A DNA stretch of 64,000 nucleotides from Candidatus Parcubacteria bacterium. Lineage in GTDB: Bacteria; Patescibacteriota; Minisyncoccia; Minisyncoccales; JAGLUP01. The notes beneath the pieces were generated by a model. The model searched no databases, was not told where the DNA came from, and worked only from the letters and a program-made list of their open reading frames with translations. Position 1 is the stretch's first letter. Every line of letters begins with the position of its first letter. Below, piece by piece: positions 61,901 through 64,000 of the stretch. The position numbers were made by a program, and so were the translations under genes. Where the stretch lies: the NCBI GenBank assembly GCA_023134715.1, contig JAGLUP010000006.1:74653-138652 (forward strand). Reading direction: 5' to 3'.

Positions 61901-64000
61901 TTGCTGGTGGTAAATCTGACATCATCAAAGTCATCTTGGCAATGACCATCGCAGGTAACATCTCCGCCAGTGGAAGTCGCAACCTCTATTTTAACCTGAT
62001 AATCGGTTTGAGTAGAAGTGGTATTAGAAATAGGAATTGATTTTCTGTAGGACCAACTGCTGTTATACCAAGGAGCAGCAGCAGAAATAGTAATGTCATT
62101 ATCGCCTGTGTCAATATCAGTAGAAGTGGCGTCTTTGTTAACAACATGAGCCCCCAAATACCAGTCAGTATTTAATGTGCCGCCTGTAACCGAAGTGTTT
62201 CCGGTTTTAGCGTTAAGAAAAGTAGGGGTCCCGGCTTGAATAGTGGTTGTAGCCGGAGCAGTGGAACAACCGTCTTTGTAAAGCCATTCTCCTCCTGCTC
62301 CGTTAAAATTAAGCAAATGAAACGCTGACCCGCCGTCAGTAATGGTTTTGCCGGAAGCGGTAGCGTCAAAAGTAACCGTTCCGCTGTTGTGGGTAAAGGT
62401 TCCAGAGTTAGAATAACTGCCGCCAACAGTTAAAGTTGCAGAAGTAGAAGTTACTGAACCATTAGTAATGGTGAAATCATTGGTAGTGGTAGCAGCGGCG
62501 CTAAAAGTCCAACCGCCGGAACCGTTGTTAAAAGTTAAATTGTAAAAATCAGAAGAGCCAGAGTTAACTGTTTCCCCTGCGTCGGCTGAATCAAAAACAA
62601 CTGTTGAAGTAGCGCAAGTAAAGGTTCCTGACGAACTATCCCAGGAACCGCCTAAATTAATTTGGCAGCCATCCAGTTCTCCATCGTCAGTGGCGTCTAA
62701 GGTGCCATTGATTGTAATGTTGTTGGTAATGTCTAATTCATAACCATTGGTATTTAAAGTATCTCCGCTCTGAACAGTTAAAGAATCCGCGACTAAATCA
62801 GATGATAAATCAGTGGTGTCTGGCGAAGTTCCGATTTCCAAATTTCCCAAGTTCTGGTCTTCATCCGCGTCCTGATAAGTAAGGTCTCCGTCAAAAATAA
62901 CTTTTCCAGTGCCGCCTGCTTTGGTAAAGACACCGCCTGCGGCAATAGCAACATTGCCCGCGATATTAATGTTGTTGTCAGCCGCTTGGGCTAAAGTTCC
63001 ATTAGTTAAATTAAAAGCGTTATTAACATCTAAAGCGTCCTGCAATGTCCACTCTCCTCCTGAACCATTAAATGTAATACTGGAAAAGGAAGAACCTCCT
63101 GCGGTAATTGTTTTCCCGGAGGCGGTAGCGTCAAAGGTTACTGTGCTGGTTGAATGGGTGAAGGTTCCGGTGTTGGACCAGCTGCCTCCTACTGTGAAAG
63201 CAGAAGAAGTGGCAGCAATCAAGGTACTGCTCGCTGTAATAGTGACATTGCCGCCAACATCTATAATAGGGTTATGGGTAGCTCCAGTAACACTCATTAC
63301 ATCTAAAGCATTGCCTATTGTTAGATTATTATTAATGGTAAATGTCTGGCCGGTAGTTGTGGCTAAGGTATAGGTCGGACCTGTGGCTGTATATGTGCAG
63401 TAGATGGATACTTTCCAATCCGCCTGATAAGGCTTGCCACCATCCCAACCACAAGTAGCTGGCGGTGGATTTGTAGAGTGATATGTTTCATATTCATCCG
63501 CAATATGATATCCCGCAATACTATCGTAACTAAACTGGAAATGTTGCGCACCAAACCAAATACTAAGCATATAATCAGTAGAAGCTACAACTGAACCGCT
63601 GAGAGACATATTATTCCATTGAGCCGATGTAGGAGCATCGATTTCATTACCATAGCAAATTCTGGAATCATCACTAGTTTTATAAATAATAGGTCTTAAT
63701 TTGCCTCCAGCTGTAGTTTCTTTGCCATAAAACGATATTTTTGATACAGTTCCATCGCTTACTGGTGAAAAAGAATAAAAACCATCAATATAATTATTGT
63801 AATAGGTCATCAAACCGTCTCCTATATCTGTATACCCAAAAGTCAATCCAGCGGCGTGCCTCACGGGATAAACAGCATTGTCTAAAAACTCCTGCGGGAT
63901 TTCAACTGTTAAAACGCCCGTCTGTTCATTTATGTTTAATCTGCCCCAAACTTCTGCGCCAGCGCTGTCAATTATCTTTGGTCTGTAAACATGAAACGCT
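55996..64000 (-). CDS. giant LamG/DUF2341-domain repeat surface protein, N-terminally incomplete (>2,660 aa)
   Basis: I read the frame through 63865-64000 and found no stop, so the ORF continues past the window end. There are two LamG-type segments (LDFDGDNDYVDCG...IDEVRIYNRALS and DVFDGSDDYISCE...IDEVRVSDTARS). There are two DUF2341-like segments (APWYNSSWSYR...MYYGNAS). Many G/T/S-rich ~60-aa repeats are present (GGSWSNxGTFTHNSGTVxFxATASGKTIT). The C-terminal ~170 aa resemble the 51259 WxL-like protein. Confidence 0.7.
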   Translation of the reverse strand, partial: AFHVYRPKIIDSAGAEVWGRLNINEQTGVLTVEIPQEFLDNAVYPVRHAAGLTFGYTDIGDGLMTYYNNYIDGFYSFSPVSDGTVSKISFYGKETTAGGKLRPIIYKTSDDSRICYGNEIDAPTSAQWNNMSLSGSVVASTDYMLSIWFGAQHFQFSYDSIAGYHIADEYETYHSTNPPPATCGWDGGKPYQADWKVSIYCTYTATGPTYTLATTTGQTFTINNNLTIGNALDVMSVTGATHNPIIDVGGNVTITASSTLIAATSSAFTVGGSWSNTGTFTHSTSTVTFDATASGKTITAGGSSFSSITFNGSGGEWTLQDALDVNNAFNLTNGTLAQAADNNINIAGNVAIAAGGVFTKAGGTGKVIFDGDLTYQDADEDQNLGNLEIGTSPDTTDLSSDLVADSLTVQSGDTLNTNGYELDITNNITINGTLDATDDGELDGCQINLGGSWDSSSGTFTCATSTVVFDSADAGETVNSGSSDFYNLTFNNGSGGWTFSAAATTTNDFTITNGSVTSTSATLTVGGSYSNSGTFTHNSGTVTFDATASGKTITDGGSAFHLLNFNGAGGEWLYKDGCSTAPATTTIQAGTPTFLNAKTGNTSVTGGTLNTDWYLGAHVVNKDATSTDIDTGDNDITISAAAPWYNSSWSYRKSIPISNTTSTQTDYQVKIEVATSTGGDVTCDGHCQDDFDDVRFTTSNGTTLIDYWREDYTTSSTSTFWAEIPTLTGSATTTIYMYYGNASATTTSNGTSTFAFFDDFESYSIGSIDGQGDWSITTGSSSVSVQNGRNHLRMGAGVTDGVHAPVDTDNQGYAIMAKVYSSDCDESFQIAYSDGLSTSYDPYNGYAIYHRINVNRERLMEYNDGVRLEEQWPYITPNTISSTYYIFELDWYNAGTLDFKIDGNSRRTETDTTFSSFTYIHFTGHHDATWYVDEVFVRKYASPEPSIGTTGSEETSVPATIWKYNSGWGTASTTQTTGSGADGKTPQPTTDGAIRIREYSKTSSATTTYKYNLAVSSQSGFGAYNYYSDQGSNYITSASSTESSGVDKCISDSWHRNSAGTMNTPYSAVDDPPTNGSWYIGMTSNITVSGTVYQTEGGSNIGADKSILLKVDGAGSWSASTTAGGVYEITSITGISAGSTITAWISGDATYKGTAVTIANNGSSNITGFDIYGGAVIARSDKTSTALTIADMVDYDKDDDSDIHFTATTSPSASLIVDNDSELHIWIGKEFAPGGNVTLTHGGAKGDLHIDGSATFTGSTTSTYSIGGSWTASSTAVFTAASSTVQFTATTTGKTITTGGSDFYDLTFDGSGGGWTFQDAATTTNDLTITTGAVTSTSGTLAIGGSWSNAGTFTHNSGTVLFNATASGKTITTGGSDFYDLTFDGSGGVWDFQDAATTTNDLTITDGTLDLNGQNLVVQGGDISVSGILAADVDSGAVSLSGEGNLGGSGTTTVYDISFSGTTTLAGGIDVNNDLTISGSNSLDASSSNYAITVGGSWSNSGTFTAQSGAVTFDSGDAGETIDPGSSSFFDVNFNNTAGGWTISENATSTHNWQLANGTSFTVASGKTIEAQGRFFNGVGGSTTTWTGSTLDLNSLKGNSSLDFDGDNDYVDCGDGSSLLMGSGNFTVSAWIKATSGGDGWIVVKGSGWSGGKRYGIAFTTDGGRSDGTIKVAIDDNSTRKNVFSTSQYADGEWHFVAAMRDGDNLRLYIDGSEDANSPTDISGYSSLDNNRICSIGAIYNEDTSAMAQYFNGAIDEVRIYNRALSSTEINEHYQGLFKNETGLVGLWHFAEGTGTTTADSSGQGNNGTLKPTASEPTWVTDAPLYTINSTSTGADIYSTLEVGASTDVRMWNSYSATSTVDSTGSLYSMDHDESGDGTGDDGKLFIWGDYHTISTTTDYWSYATDFDGTAGADRQCKVYVQQNATTTVDSGATLNVKGGGSSSGDITIVGQGASSLWDFACNGTCSVQESTWNYLNLSGGTLTVLNTTLNNEDPPDAGATLNVDWYLGAHVVDAAATSTDVDTGDNDITISAAAPWYNSSWSYREKITIDHTKVATSTQTNFPVLINSTSTDWKDTTNGGHVGQSDGGDILFTKADGSTKLDHEIEKYASSTGEVIAWIEVDSLSHSADTVLYMYYGNASSSDQWDITGTWNSNFKLVQHLQEYNAGENATHTDSTINSNDGTPNNFDGTSTSTQDGTGQIDGADVFDGSDDYISCEDDSSLNPDYVTVTFWFKPDSFIQNSGLIAKGDNTHRQYWIWLFNSKVYVEIDEGGYDDVTAVLTVDDWYHFAVKYNGSRVVAYLNGDESSQSYDQSTGTILQDDDALWIGALPGFSKFDGTIDEVRVSDTARSGDWIKTSYDNQNSPSTFYSVGSEETSVPATIWKYNSGWGSASTTQTTGSGADGKTPQPNTDGAVRIREYSKTSSATTTYKYNLAIAFGGFDNYDYYSDYGSNYIISASSTAGSGVDKCISENWQRDDISALNTPYSAVNDPPTNGSWYIGMSSDLEFSVSSATTDLGTLNSINDYTATGTTILYATTSYSGGYNITAWASDNGRLQLGATGTYITRWNYANSTPAVWPDTCNASSTCGFGYTTSDNNLGGGGSVDRFAASTKYAGFATTTPGDRVADSAAPASGATTTIMYRTSVSSIQSNGDYSVTIHYICTANY

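Noticed and set aside
55954-63554. About 20 short ORFs on both strands inside the giant gene (e.g. 55954..56328+, 62909..63373+, 57330..57635-)
   Set aside because: They are alternative-frame by-products of a long G/A/T/S-rich repeat ORF, and none has start or RBS context of its own.
55996-64000. Diversity-generating retroelement or phase-variation target in the repeated giant gene
   Set aside because: No reverse transcriptase, template repeat or invertase gene is present in the window. The internal repeats are explained by tandem domain duplication.

Overview
This is an AT-rich (about one-third GC by eye), gene-dense window with nearly every gene on the minus strand. The content fits a reduced-genome Patescibacteria/CPR-like bacterium using the standard code: TGA stops, several ATGA stop/start overlaps, no L30, an AlaRS lacking C-Ala, and Lys-rich tails on L22/L23/S12. 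The backbone is housekeeping. It comprises alaS, mnmA, tpiA and a galT-like gene, then the str/S10/spc superoperon (rpsL-rpsG-fusA-tuf-rpsJ...rplO-secY-adk-map), followed by ndk, Fe-S/thioredoxin genes and mscS. Three kinds of structure lie on top of this backbone. (1) The ribosomal superoperon is broken at four junctions. TA-like modules sit between rpsG/fusA and between fusA/tuf. A 1.8-kb opposite-strand array of three promoter-leader-small ORF-terminator cassettes sits between rplC/rplD. A nested-hairpin repeat sits between rpsS/rplV. (2) There are several families of intergenic structured repeats. One is a 100-160 bp nested-hairpin element (6 copies, two supplying gene 3' ends). Another is a 36-bp CGATCG-centred palindrome (4 copies, two bracketing a PaaX/Cas2-like gene). 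Others are GGAGCTWAGCTCC palindromes and GC-rich hairpins. (3) Positions 43.4-64 kb hold a large cell-surface locus. It contains four tandem cohesin-like membrane-anchored paralogs, a dockerin protein, two DUF916-like proteins, a WxL-like protein and a giant (>2,660 aa, incomplete) LamG/DUF2341 protein. The gene 5' ends in this locus are built from 11-bp-periodic ACAC(G/T)AAAC motif arrays in dyad arrangement. Three of these dyads are interrupted exactly at their centre by ORFs carrying D...ExK nuclease motifs. No rRNA, tRNA, CRISPR array, transposase or integrase was recognised. All family assignments are from reading motifs by eye, not from searches.
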